A DNA stretch of 40,146 bases from Cyanophora paradoxa CCMP329 (lineage: Eukaryota; Plantae; Glaucophyta): NCBI GenBank assembly GCA_004431415.1, contig QPMI01000462.1, positions 1 to 40,146 on the forward strand, written 5' to 3'. The first letter of the stretch is position 1. Each line of letters begins with the position of its first letter. The notes under the pieces are model-generated. The model searched no databases. It worked only from the letters and a program-made list of their open reading frames with translations, and was not told the DNA's origin. Position numbers and translations under genes: made by a program. Of this stretch, positions 10,520 to 23,544 are shown piece after piece.

Positions 10520-11674
10520 CGCCCCGCTGGACGCCTCCACCCCCGACCCCACCGCCGAGGGTCGCTGGATCTACTGCACCTTTGCTGCCTCTGGGACGTG
10601 CGTGATTCGACCTGTGCCCCCCTTCCCGCCGACCCGTCCTCGCCTCCAGCGGGCGGCGCAGAAGCCTGTTGGCACTCTTCATGCCCTCCGCCGAGTTGCT
10701 AAACGTGCAGCCGCCTGAGGGCGCCGGCCCCACACCGGACTGCAGTCCGCCCCTTCCACCTTTCCTATCTCAGCGCGGCGTCTTCTGACCTAGCACGCAG
10801 CACTGGCGCAGCTGGACCTCGCGGGGACCGCCCCGCATGGATCCACCGCCCGCGTCGTCCCCGGCGGTGCGCGCCTCGCCCACCCGCGCCGCTGAGCAAA
10901 GAACCCTCCGGGTGCAGGAGTGCATTTCTTCCTGCAGGGGTTTGACCCGGCGCGGCGCACACCGCCGGCACCACCGCTGCCGCGGCGCCCCGGGGGCCCG
11001 CCGCCTCCCCCGCCACTGCCGTTCGGGCTGCCGCCGGTGGACCTCCCGGAGGAGGAGACACGGCTGGCACAGCTCGTGGCGGTGACCTTTGAGGACCGCC
11101 TTGTGCTCGCCCGCCTGCGCCCGCTCCCCGCTGGCCCCGTCCCCATGGCCCTCCAGATCGTCCACGCCGCGCCCCTTCCCCGGGGCTACACCCGCTTCGA
11201 AGCCTCCGCTCTCTCTGCCGATGCAGGTGCCCTTTTCGTCCTCGCCACCCGGTCGAGGAAAGGGCAGTCCCTACTCGTCTTCGACCTCTCCCCGGGCCCC
11301 GCCAACCTCGCCTGGACTCTGCCGCCGGGCCGCCTCGCCCATCCTGCCTGCACCTCAACCTACGTGCCGCCATCCGGCCCCGCCTGCGCACCGCCAGCGA
11401 CGGCTCCCCCGGGGCGCCTCCCGCACCCGTGGATGCCCACATCGCCACCTGCCTAGCTGCCTCACCCAAAACCCCAGTCTGGTGCAACTTCTCACCGGTA
11501 CCCGAATCTGCTGGACTGACAGTCCCGCAGGTCGCGGTGGGCACGCGAGGGGGGCAACAACCCTTCTCCGCATCCCGGAGCCATTCCTGCGCATGCGGGG
11601 GCCGCAGCCCTATCTGTAGGCTTGATTTCGAATTCGAAATTGCACCTCATGAAGCTCGTGTCTCGTATACGTAG
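10520..11674 (+). CDS. 3' exons of a GC-rich host gene of unknown function (possibly a beta-propeller C-terminus)
   Basis: Coding-like peptides LAQLVAVTFEDRLVLARL, ALSADAGALFVLAT..LLVFDL and ICRLDFEFEIAPHEARVSYT with stop at 11674; beta-strand-like pattern only. Confidence 0.45.
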
Positions 11675-11679
11675 CTAGT

Positions 11680-12200
11680 GACCCTGAGCGTAGACCAAGC
11701 CCAGCCCTGATGATGAAGCCCTCAAAGTCGAGTCGTAGTCATGAAGCTAGTGAACACTAATCCCCCGCTAAGCCGAGACCCTCAAGATCCGATTATCATG
11801 ATCTTGACGTGACTCTGGCCGACTCGGCAAGGGCCTTGTGATCATGATGAACTTCAGAAGCACTACGCCGAGCCCCTCAGGCCTAATAATTAAATGATCA
11901 TGAAGCCTTGAGCTCATGTGGCGGGGCCTCCGACTCGGCGAGGCTCGCAGAGCCTCGGAGTCGACAGCTTCCTTTCAAGTTTCAAGTTTGGCTCCCTGAT
12001 TATCACATATGGTGATCATGACTCAGTGACTCGTGATCATGATCAGTGACCGTCGCACACTGACGACGTCATGCCATGATGGAGGCTCTGAGGTCGAGCC
12101 TTACCGTACCCTAGTACTGAGTCATGATCAGGGCCTTGCTGCCTCGTAACCCTTGACTCAGTGATCATAATGATCATGTCATGCCGCAGTGCGTACTAGC
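11680..12200. repeat. TGATCA/TCATGA palindrome-rich low-complexity zone with a hairpin at 11931-11963
   Basis: Dense TGATCATGA motifs; CGACTC..CGAGGCTC-GCA-GAGCCTCG-GAGTCG stem-loop. Confidence 0.65.
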
Positions 12201-12653
12201 TATATACCCATTTCGCCATTCGCGATCGGTGCAAGCTTCAATTGCAAGGAAAGATTCAAGTCCTTGGCAAGCACAAATAAGGTACATCGTACACTCTTGG
12301 CCACTGTGAATCTTTCGTAATGTAGTAAAACCCTGGCAGCAGCTCCGCCTGCACAGGCGCAAATTAAACGCGCACAATTAACTTTTGCCAGCATCTGCGC
12401 GTGCGTGCCGAGCTCACCGACGCGCCTGGTCTGTCAAAAAACCCACACCTCTTCACAAAGTAGTATAATCTCAACTCAGGTTCACTGCATTCCTCGATGC
12501 CAAGCATCCGAATCGATTTTTGCAGAAGCTGCTCCTGCCAACCACCTGCCTTAGGTATTTTCACGGACACAGGTCCTGCGCAGCGATTCAACTCGGGCTG
12601 GTGCGGGATGCCGGGTTATATTAACAGAACTCATATCTAACCTTCGACTTTGG

Positions 12654-15236
12654 TTATGCCCTGCGGGGAAGGCCGAGAGTCCCCGAGAACCTGCACTTCA
12701 AGCACCTGCATACTCTCGAACGACGTCTGGTGCCCGCTGGCAGAACGCGGATGAAGGCCCGCTTAAAAACGTCGATATTAATATCAATAGGAACGAGGAA
12801 GCGATGGTACACAGGCGGTCCGCGCGTGTCCCGACGGTTGAGATGAAAGGAAGTCCAGAATACTTGGCTAACTGGGAAGGTACTGCAAAGAGGAACCCTT
12901 CGAATTCGGGAGATGTAAGCGCTTGCTCGAAATGTATGAGCGTAGAGCATGGAAGCGAACCAGAGCTCTCTACCATCATATTTCGCTCGACATCGAAGCA
13001 AGGATCGTGGTGGCTTGCTCGAATGAGCTGGAGAGCATGTTGGAACTGCTCTTGAACACAGCTGCATCGATGTTCCAATGTGTGGCGGCTTGTGTCTACA
13101 TTGTCACGCAACCCGCGCAGGAGATCGATCGTCTGAATGAGCGCCAATCGGTATTGCTGGGACGTTATAATCTCTGCGATCCTTTTTTCATATTCAAGGG
13201 AGTTCGATGTTGTAAGTGGCTCCGAACCATGGAACGACTTCGACAGCTCCAAAGCAGTTAAATTGGTCGATGCCCCGAACGTCGTCTCCAGGGATCTGTA
13301 CCGTCAGCCATTGCGTGGACCTGATGGTGAACACATATCGAACAATTGCAAGTTCTCGACACGTCAACAGCTCACGTACCAACAAGAAAGATGGGATAAG
13401 AGCTTTTCCAATGAGGATGCCGTGGACAAGAACACGCCCCCAGCGGCCACTGCCGCGTCAACGAAATCTTGAAAGGCAAAAAAAGTCCTAGCGTTTCGGA
13501 AGCACGCTGACGCGAGAAAAGACAGTTACAATGTATGCAGTCAAGAAGTAGTACATGCGAAAAACAATGCGAACTCGTGAGTGCCTCGTCGAACACAAGT
13601 GCAATTCCATAGCAAGAGCACAGATCGGATAACCGGATGAGGAAGTCGAGGGAGAGGAATTGAAGCCCCTCGACTGGATCGACACGCACGGCCTCGCAGA
13701 CGATGATCCGGATTGGAAGGTCAGCAAAAGGAATGGAACGACTCATTAACGTGTCATCCACACCCTTCACCGCCTGCCGCCTGTGTTCGATGCGCTACAG
13801 GTCGGAGTCAGTGTTGACGTTGCTCCGAAGCACGGACGAATATAGATTAAAAGAGTGTCACCTGACGGATGTTGTCGATCACCTCCTCGATGTGAACCAG
13901 ACGATCCCTCTAATCTGATCAGTTGGCGGATGCTTTTCGTAGACAGCAGGCAAGGTCATATGCGCTTCTCTGAAAGTCCCAATCACGATTTTGCATTGCC
14001 AATCAAAACAGACAAAAGCAGACCTGCCCGGATATGCATTGGCTAGAGCAGTGGCGCTTGCTGGTTCGTTCTTGAGATTGACACCGAACACTCCGCGAGA
14101 TGCGCCCCATGAGCCTTCGAGCCAGTTGATGAATCCTCCAACTTCTCCTGAACTACGTGCGATCTGGAAAGTGCATCATCAAGAAAAAGCCATAATAAGC
14201 AGCAGACCAGAAGGGCACACATGGTTCGCCACCTCAAACACCACGGGCTCAAGGTCTGACACGCTCCCAGCGTTCGACAGCGTAGTCACAGTTAGACCGG
14301 ACATTACATTTATGTTTTCTTCGATCTGTTCCCGCAATTTGGAAATGTCACCTGGCAGTAAGTAGTGAGCGATAGCAAATGAGAGACATAACACGGATCT
14401 TACAAGACGATTCCCTTGATGAAAAGACACCCACGGTTTCATCCGGATCCTCAGATGCGTTCGGGCTACGATCACCGAAGCAGATGTCGCGCGAGAGAAA
14501 ATCTGCAGCCGAATCGAAGCCGATTGGATCCATGAGGCGCTCCCAGAAACTGGACGAGAGTGAGACAAAAAGCTCTCGCAATGTGCATACACATGACTTG
14601 CCTGATTGAGTGGCCGAGCTGCTGCACGGTTCGCGAAACGATGTGCGTTGCGCTGCCCCATCCTCCGGCAAAGTCGTAATCAAGACGCTGACGGTATGTC
14701 ATCCAGGTAGATGAAAATCTCTCGCCCCACTCGGCCAATGCGCTCCGCAAGTGTGATGCTATTGCCCCCCACGTTTGTAGTGAAGTCTTATTGTGTGTAT
14801 CCGACCATGTACACCCGTCGACGTCAAAGATTATTGTCTCGAAGGCATCGAACTCAGGACTGGGCAGCGCGCAGCAGGTCCTGATGATCAATTACGTCTG
14901 GACAGCTCGCTAGCGGCTGGGAGTCGACGAAAAACATGCACCTGAACGCGCGTATAACATCTTCAAAGCTGGCCTGCGGAGGCAGGGCACGGCGGACAGC
15001 AAGGATGACGAGGAATGCCACCGTTGCGGGAGGCGAATCGGGCAGGTGCAGATCCAGACTCTCCACGGCCACCCTTCCAGAGGACCAGAATGACTTACGT
15101 AAGAAAGATGAGCATGCGCGCACTCACTGAAGCACAGCTGACAGCGAAGCGAGGGCAACGAGAGCCTTTGTATGGTCCGAAGTTTGTCGGAGTGCGCGTG
15201 CAGAAGCACCTGTTGAGGACGGTTGCTCGAAAGCAC
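12654..15236 (-). CDS. Divergent PLP-dependent class-III aminotransferase-like protein, multi-exon
   Basis: IIVCEAV..FLIRLSDLCSCYGIALVFDEALTS (ORF 13372-13770) followed by GILIGKAL (~13400) resembles the class-III D-E-x-x-T...G-K signature; C-terminal HRFLVPIDINIDVFKRAF. Confidence 0.6.
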
Positions 15237-15289
15237 GACGGAGTTCCTCTGCGACGAGAATGAGGATGAGGGCCAAGACCCGCCATAGC

Positions 15290-15705
15290 TAGCGCGGCCT
15301 ACGAGCTAGCATGACGCGCTATGACATCGATACCAGTAGCATACCCTTCCAGTCTGACATTCTGACCGCTGACTGCGTTCTGACCGCTGACTGCGGGCGC
15401 GCTGCACGTACTTCGAGTACCCCCCACCCGCCACTCAGCGGCCACTGAAACTGGAAAGGCGCTAGAACCAGATCCCATGAAGCGCCCGCTTTCGCCGGGC
15501 GGTGAACATTCTGGCGGTGAACATCAGAGCAAGATTGAACGGCCCGGTGAACACCTGCGCTTTTGTGGTCAGCGCGTTTTCATCTTACTAGCACCCTCTG
15601 GCAGGGGCCGGAATGTCCAGCACAATGCCCGTTAGCGGAGCCGACAGCCACCCGCTGGCAGGGGTCGGAATGTCAAGCTCAATGCCCGTGAGCGGCGCCG
15701 CCAGC
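15290..15705. promoter_or_regulatory. Divergent intergenic region with short direct repeats
   Basis: 18-bp unit x2 (15360-15395), CGGTGAACA x3 (~15500-15553) and 57-bp unit x2 (15592-15705), between divergently oriented genes. Confidence 0.45.
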
Positions 15706-15783
15706 GAGGGAAACGAGAGTCGTACCGGTTCGCGGACGGAATCCATGCATGCATTGCTGTCTCGCAAGTAAAGCTGACTGCGC

Positions 15784-18257
15784 GTGCACGAAGACTCGTC
15801 TGCGCATGTGGAGCTCGAGGCCGGAGGCGGCGGCGAGGCTGCCTATCTTCCCGACGCTCTTATCGTGGAAGCTCTCAAGAACGCTGACTTCGTCGATTTG
15901 TGGGACGGGTTACGGATTCATAAGGTTTCGCCAGCGTTCGGCAAGCTGCTCCGAAATCTTGCTATTGGCGAGCTCAATCTATCGTTCGCACTTGAATCTC
16001 GCGGGGGTCGTGATTGCGATCTGCATACCCTCTATGGCGGCGAGGAAGTCCGCTGGCTGGCACAACGCGTCACGGAAACGATGCGCGAGCAAGCAATAGC
16101 GTCATGGAGTCGGCTTTTGAGGTTTTGCATTCGATGTGCCGCGGCGTGGGGTTTTCGCACAAGTGTGTTTCGCTTGGAGGGCAGTTTCTACAAGCAAGTC
16201 GATCAGGTCTTCGTTACGCTGGTGAAATCTTGCGTTTTCGTTTTTCGTGATTGTGACATTTTTCAATTACGCACATTTTTTGCGACACGGCAGGTTCCCC
16301 GCCTGCTCTCCCAACTCGACGGGCTTCGCACGCTCAGGATTGCTCACCAGGCACCAGACAGCGAATTTATCCGTGCATCTCGCACTGCTCGTCGTTATGC
16401 ATACATTTTGAAGGTCCTACAAGAATGCCCCAAGACTGTCGAGCACTTGAGTTTGCTTCTGTCAGTCTCCGACGGTCGCAACGATAAGTCCCTATCCGCA
16501 TCTTGGCTAGGTACCCTCAGCAAGCGCATATTCGCATTAATATTCCAGTGGTTTTCATTGACTGTACATAGATCCGGTACTTTCTTCCGCTTGCGAAGGT
16601 CCAGGTTCGTCGGGTTAGATGCATCCACGTCTTATTTATCGTGTAGCCACGTGCAAATGTGCTCACACATTCGATGCAGAACGAGAAGTATTCAATGGGA
16701 TTGTCGCGGCCCTTTCTGCCCTTCCAGCCCTCATGCATGTGGACTTCGGCGAAGGCATGCTCGTAAACAGGCGCATGCTTGAAGAGCTCGCGCCAGCACT
16801 TCCAAAGTTGGAATCTCTGGGACTAGACGTCGACGGTCCGATCCCGACTCTCTTTCTCTCTCTGTCTCTGTCTCTCTCTCTCTCTTCTCACGAGCAGTCG
16901 AACATCTTCCGCAGCTGGTCCGCGCTCGAATCAAGATGTCATCACGGAATGTGCAGTCGCAATTGCTGAGCGCTTTCCAAAGCTGAAGCATCTTCGATTG
17001 TTTGTCAACGCTTCACCTGGTCATCATGCTCAGCTGCCGGCTGCGTTTGCACGTATTGGAAAAATGAAAGAGCTGAGAAGCGTGCATATAGGTTTGCTCT
17101 GTCATCGAAGTATGCACGTATACGTATGCTTCGTCCTCTGAAGACTTCATATGCAGATCACACCGCATTTCGTGCCCTGGCGCTGTGCACTAGGTTGCCA
17201 GATTTCGATCTCAAGAAGCTTCGCAAGTTTTCGGTTGACCTCACCGGGGCTACCGCGCCCTTGTCGGATTGCCTGCCCATGGGAGCCATCACTAAGACGG
17301 AGGTGTCTTATATTGTTTATTTATCAATTCCGATTGCAAAGTTTACATCTCGCTCACATCCGAGTAGGTTCTCCCGGAGCTTGATCGAATTGAGTTATTC
17401 AATGCTCCAAATCATTATTCGCTGGTGGACCTTGTGATGACCTGTCTGGCAGGCAATGAGCTCGGCGAGTCGTCGTCCAGTCAATCGCAAAGCACGAAGC
17501 AGAAGCAAAAGCAAAAGCAGAAGCAGCCTGAGTCTTATCCGAGGCAACTGTCTGTCGCTATATCTATTGACGACTGCGGTGACACTGGCCCGTGCTTCAG
17601 TAGCGAGATTGTGGGATCGAGCTCGAGGACGGCCTTCGCTTGCACTGACCTTCCGACGTCAATCAAAGTAGAATCGGCTTCAATCAAGCATCCATGTCGC
17701 CAATTCTTGCAAACTTGCGCTCACTTGATCTCTCCGTCACTGGCTGCGGCGGATACTTGGCGAGTGTGCTCACGCAACTTTCATCCGTCGTTGCGTGGAG
17801 CGCGATTCTGCAAGCCGTCAAACTTGAGATCGTCCATCAAATTCCATTCCATGTTCACAGCAAGGATTCTGTGCTGGCTGAAACATCTCTTGCGCTTCAC
17901 ATGGTGGACCTGCTCATGACAAAGCCCAACGTCTTCACGGCAATCAAGCGGGTGGGCCTCGTGCCTGTCGCGTGCGAGAATCAGTCGCTTGCGCGATGCG
18001 CGAATCTGGAACGAGTGGATCTCGTGTACAGGGCCGCCCGGAACGAGTTGATCGATTTGTGTGTCCTCGCTTCAGCTCTGCAACCTCTCCGTCCCATCGC
18101 TACCCAACTGAATAGATGGCCTTCGTGCAACATTCGTTTTGTGAAGGACGCGATTTCGGACCCCATGGCCAAACTCGTAAAAGCTTTGCTTCCAGGTTGG
18201 CATATTGCCTTTAGTCATGTTGCAGACGCTCTTGCCACTCGTGCTCGCTTCTGGTGA
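15784..18257 (+). CDS. F-box/LRR-like protein, multi-exon
   Basis: N-terminal YLPDALIVEALKNADFVDLW..HKVSPAF (F-box-like); LRR-type segments LPALMHVDF, LPKLESLGLD, LANLRSLDLS and CANLERVDL. Confidence 0.65.
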
Positions 18258-18494
18258 TGGTGAATTTCCAGAAATATTGTCGTTCTCTCTCTGTCTTACT
18301 ACAAACTTGCAATTGCTACTTGCAATTGGCCGGGATTCTTGGACAGAACTTTAAATTTAGACGGGCTATAGCGCGCTGCTTTTTAGAATTTCACCTGTAC
18401 ACGGTGTTTTGCATTAGATAGCCTCTGTACCCTCGCTCCAATTATACTGTACCCTCTGTCCGGGTTACCGACCAGAACGGAAATCAAAGTTTTC

Positions 18495-19500
18495 ATGGAG
18501 CACGCTGTAGCTTGCAAGATAGGGCAGCATCAGGACGAATGCGGTCCTACAATCACAAAGCGTGCGATGGATGACGGCCGCGGCAACATCAACGGACTTG
18601 TTCCGGCTTCGGTCGGTGATGACCACCAGAAGCGTGCTCGTACCGAAGGCAATGCGCCGGATTTTGAGGTTTCAAAGACTGGTGCGCGGCCGCTTTTAAA
18701 TTGTTGATTGTGTTTGGATCTCTGAATTCCAATCTGGCTCTGCAGACACTGAGAGTGACGTGCTGGATGTCGCTTGCGCCCAGCCCCAGGTAAAGCTGCG
18801 AGTGTGCCGGTGTTGGGACTTCTGCTGGATCTTGGTCGAAGATTCTGATCGGACAAAGCAGCAGGAGCAGCGTGAAATAGTGGTAACCGATGTTCAGTCC
18901 GTGCCGGTTCCTGACGGCGATGCGATTCTTAATGAAACTGAGAATTCCAAGAATGATCTTATGGACAATATCGACGCACGTCGCGCCCAGCTCCAGGTAT
19001 GGTTTTCATCATTCCCCCCGAGTTCACTTGCATATGAATATAATGTGATGCATCTCCCAGGTGGATAATGCATTCGATCTCGAAACGTCAAAGGAGCAGG
19101 AGCAGGATGCAATCGTGGCGACCGGCGTTCAGCCCGTGCCGGTTCCTGACGGCGATGCGATTCTTAATGAAACTGAGAATTCCAAGAACGATCTTATGGA
19201 CAATATCGATGCACGTCGCGCCCAGCTCCAGGTATGGTTTCTCTTTCCCCCCCTGAATTCACCTGTTTACGAATTGAATTCGACGCACCTTCCAGGTGGA
19301 TAATGGAGTCGATTCCGTGCGGGCTGCTGCCGGCGATGCGAAGCTAAATGTGCTTGAGAATGCCAAGAACGCTGTCATGGAATTCGAAGATGCACATCGC
19401 GCCTCTTGCCAGTCCCAGGTTTGGCTTTAATAAAACGACAGACTCAGATTGACGCTTTTTGCAGGTTGATGATGGATTCGATTCGAATTCAGTGACGTCA
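18495..19500 (+). CDS. Hypothetical protein built from tandemly duplicated exons
   Basis: Coding repeat VPVPDGDAILNETENSKNDLMDNIDARRAQLQ occurs twice plus a diverged third copy, each followed by a GT donor. Confidence 0.5.
18860..19420 (+). repeat. ~236-bp exon+intron tandem duplication (2 copies plus a diverged partial third)
   Basis: 18860-19070 resembles 19095-19305; the third copy lies at ~19297-19420. Confidence 0.85.
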
Positions 19501-19896
19501 GAGTAACAGCAGCAGCAGTGAGCTGGAGCAGTATATGCAGAGCAGCTCAGGCAAGCAAGCTCTAGTCACTTAGCAGAGCATCTCAAGCAGAGCAGCTTAG
19601 GCAAGCAAGCTCAGGCAGGCAGAGCACATTCCGCTTATGCACTTCGGTCGAGAAAGACATGTTTTCGGACATTTAATCTGTTATCGTGAAAAACCTTGCA
19701 TAATTGCATATTTAATCTGTTATCGTGAGAAACCTGCAAGGATACACTTAATAAGAATTTGCAAGGGCGCCTGCCACCCTGAATCCTTGATTGAGAGCCC
19801 CTGATATGTGCACATGCACTGAGAAAATATCTAATTGATTCCACCGCACTCCGCGCACCCCCCCCCCCCCCCTCTTCGCAGCTTCTCATCCCCCAT

Positions 19897-21724
19897 TTGT
19901 ATGCTCTACCCAACTGGTTCGGTAGCGCGGGAAACGTTAACTGCCATGTTCAAGGGAAGCGTAAAAGGCAGTATGAGCATGCCCAGTCACATGCTCCAGC
20001 GCTAGCTGCAGCTGAAGAGCTTCTGGATGGCATTGTCACCAAGATTCTCTCCAATCTGACACCTTGGGAATTCTTCACGAGCGAAGTATGGTTAGTGAAT
20101 AGGCAGTTCAGGCGATGCAGCCGCAGGGCACAGCAATTGTGGAGAGCTTTCCGTGTGGAGAACTTCCCTCCATTTCGTCTCTTCGATGCACAATGTGAAC
20201 ACGCAATCGAGGAACATGTAAGAATATTGCAGCGTGCCGCCCGCGGATTCGAAAAGGCGCCTTGGCGGGCTGCCGGCATCTCCACATCGGCTTTGGGCCG
20301 TTTCTGTCAACACAAAACGCACTGTACTCCGTTGCTGTCCAATCTGTCATGGGTAAGCACAGCATTACGTTCTTGTGGAATGCTGAAAATGGAATCATGC
20401 AGGAGTTTTATTGGCTGCTTCACAATCGATGGTGGAGCTGGAGCATGTAACCATCTCTGAGGATGGCTGGGATTCACACCCTTTGTGTGCAATCGCGAGT
20501 CATTTGAGCACAATTCCTTCACTTTCATCCGTTGTCATGCGATTGGGAATGCGGAAACAGCTACTGCGTTGCATCGAGAGTTCAACGTTGTTTCCTCAAC
20601 TGAGAAGCCTTTCTATATCTGGCGCTGCCCTGCGCGACACCGACATCGTGAGCTAATGTTTTCCGTACATTTGAAAGCTTCCTTTCGATCTCACCGACAC
20701 ATTCTGGCAGCGGATGATAATGAAAGCTTGGCCAGCGCTCCAGGAGTTCTCGTGCGCAACTGTGGTGGATCCAATGGCGCTGCACACAATTTCTTCTTGG
20801 GGCGTTCGAGCGCAGGCTCTCGATTTCTGCAACTCTTCAGTAGCCACAATCGACCTGTTCAGCACAATATTCCATTTACGGAGCTTCTCAAAGCTGGAGC
20901 TGAAGGTACGGACGCTCGGTCTGAATGCAATCTAATAATTGATTTGTTTTATTTTCGCAGGTTGATTGCGAGTCGGGGAAATGTCTTTCGTCTCTAGGAA
21001 CGCTGCGTGGACTTCGCGAGCTGAATCTTGACATATGTGTACGTTTTTAAACTTGGATCGCCCTCTCTCCTTATACTGATCGCAGTTCGGAGACTGTCAA
21101 GATTCTTGTGGAGGTGGAAGTGAACTGCTGCAGGCCACTGCAAATGGGCTGGCCGAAGTTCTTCTGCATGGCAACGAGAATTTGGACTGGGTCGAGTTGA
21201 AAATCTCATCTTGCGGTCGACGGCATTCCTTGGACGGAGACAGTCTGGTGGAGCTGGTACGATCGGCGAGGCCAGCCCTCCGTCGGATCACCATACAGCA
21301 CTCTGGAGGGATCATCGAAAGACATGTTCTGCGAGTGCGATTTGTGGTGCAGAAGTGAGTCGATATCCATCTTTTCATTGACATTAGCACTGCAGGAAAT
21401 TGCGGGATGCTACCAAAACCTTCGGGTGTGAACATTGGCATGGAGTTTGGACTGGCCATCGGGTCCGGAGAAAGCTTGCAGCAGCTGGATGCTGTTTGCA
21501 AGGATCTACTTAGCTTTTCCCGCGCTAATATGCCTCCCTTGGTGCTTACTGTAAGCACGCGCGGCAATTACAAACTTTTCCACCCGGCCGTAACATTTTG
21601 CCGGAGCTGGTTTACAAATTCTACGATTCCGATTTCTGTTTTTGTCGATCAAAAAGCAGTTGTTCGCAGAGCAGTTATATCGAGTAAGAGCACATGTAGC
21701 ATATCAAGTATGCCACTTTTATAA
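19897..21724 (+). CDS. F-box/LRR-like protein, multi-exon
   Basis: ELLDGIVTKILSNLTPWEFF..VWLVNRQFRR (F-box-like); FPQLRSLSISG, WPALQEFS and LRGLRELNL LRR segments. Confidence 0.62.
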
Positions 21725-21921
21725 GTGTATACATATGCAGCTTTGTACCTATGATCCTACCCATTTACATCGTAGCTTTAAATTTCATGACATGAATTTG
21801 ATTGGTACATCAGACGAAAACTCGAGAGACTTCAGTCGCTGCCCGCCCTGCCCATACCCATCCTTCGCCGCCGATTACCCTCGGCTTGACTGTCTTATAA
21901 TTAGTGTCATTCAATTGCAAG

Positions 21922-23090
21922 TTACATTGCTTCTGGCTCTACACAAAAGGTTTTATTCCGCCACTTCAAACTCTGCCGTTTGAAGTGCCCTTTACAGCTT
22001 TCGGAAAGTAAAACAACGTCTGCTTCGGACCACGTCCAAGGTAAATCCAATTGCAGCACAGCCTCGGAACGGACGCGAAGAAGTTTCGAGCGCAGCTCGT
22101 AAATTTCACCTGCATGGGCCCTTTTAGTTTCCGCGAAGAAAGACTTCGAACGAATAGATCGCACCAATCAAATTGGATGGTAGTGTCTGTATCATGATCA
22201 GGGACGGCGTCTCAAAATGATATGCATCAGTGAGAGTCACGCTCGTAAGCTTTGGCATGCGGTCCGATGAGATAAGCTCAAGAATGGCGGGGTGAAGCGC
22301 CAGTGCTCCTGCTGATAGCTCGATGAAGCAACTCGCAAGTTTGCCAAAAATCAGGTCCACCGGCCAACCCGTCGGCGGAACCACTTCACGGAGGCTGAGG
22401 TGGTCGCACACCATACGCGCAACCCAGGAAAAGACTTTGACAGTCTTTTCATCCCGGAGATTCCAATCTTGAAGCCAAAGCACAGAGATTGATTCAAGGT
22501 GCGGTAACGCCGCAAGCGCACGTTCAAGATGGTCAGGCTCCGGGTCCACTATAGTGGTGTCCAGATGGCGCAATCTTGTCAAGGGAAAGAGAGTTGACAT
22601 TGAAAAGACTGTGCAGAAGTGTCGAGGGAGGTTCAAATGCGATCCCCATGCAATGTGTACACGTCCAGGCGCGGAAGAATCTTCGAATCCCATTTTCATG
22701 TAGGACGTCGGCATATCGACGTCAACGTGGATAGCATTGCACCAACGTCCTTCAGGAATCCGGAAGTATTTCTTCGCGATGCGAACTGGAACTCCGTCCT
22801 GAGGAGTGCGTTGATCGCCCTCTTGGCGGGAGGTCCTCGGAGCCTGGTGCTCTTTCAGTTAGTACCTGTACAGCAGCATTTCTTCAGCTAGTACAGCAGT
22901 TAGTAGAGAGTCTCGTGCATGCCTTAAACTCACACTCGTCTTGTCCATATCCAGGCTGATCAAACGCCACTGCCTGCAGACTACTCCAAACGCATGCGCT
23001 CGACAGTGGACAATCCAGACAAAACTTGCATCCAGATTTCGTCGGGAAGATCGATCTCTACACTTCGGGCGTCATGGGCTCTGATGCGTG
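21922..23090 (-). CDS. F-box/LRR-like protein, multi-exon, with one homopolymer frameshift in the F-box
   Basis: Minus strand from ~23055 reads DLPDEIWMQVLSGLSTVERMR(F)GVVCRQWRLIS, a canonical F-box pattern; LRR segments LTRLRHLD, LPHLESISV and MPKLTSVTL. Confidence 0.72.
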
Positions 23091-23544
23091 GATTTCGAAT
23101 TCAGGCATCGATATCACCCTGACCAAGGTGAAAATATCGCATCCGCACCTCTCCGCTTGCGGTGTTGTATTAACGTAAATTTGAGCATTCTTCTTCTTCC
23201 TCATCATGGATCGCGTCTCAATCTTTCGCATGTGGTCGCTGAAGGGATTGCTGTCATCGCCCCTGCATGCGCACTCAATAACGTGTTCTTATAAGCCATC
23301 ATTCACACATTGGAGCCCCATCGCACCGTCGTTTGCGGTCGGCTGTGCGCCCTTCGTTTGTGTTCTGTGCGCTCATGTTGGTGCGATTTGTTGCGATTTG
23401 AAAGATCACAAATCTGTACCCCATCGAGGATACCCCTCCACGCAAACAAACCCATTCCACCGCGTTCGCAAACAACGCAAACAGGCATTTAATTTCGTTT
23501 TCACCAAACAAACTAGCTATAGCACAATTCCCATCGGAGGAAAA

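Noticed and set aside
11931-11963. Helitron 3' terminal hairpin
   Set aside because: No CTRR terminus at the expected short distance, and no Rep/helicase gene is visible.
22975-22995. Calling island genes and Gypsy pol pseudogenes because of frameshifts
   Set aside because: The shifts examined fall in homopolymers (here, ~31175 and ~37750), typical of long-read consensus error; status is undetermined.
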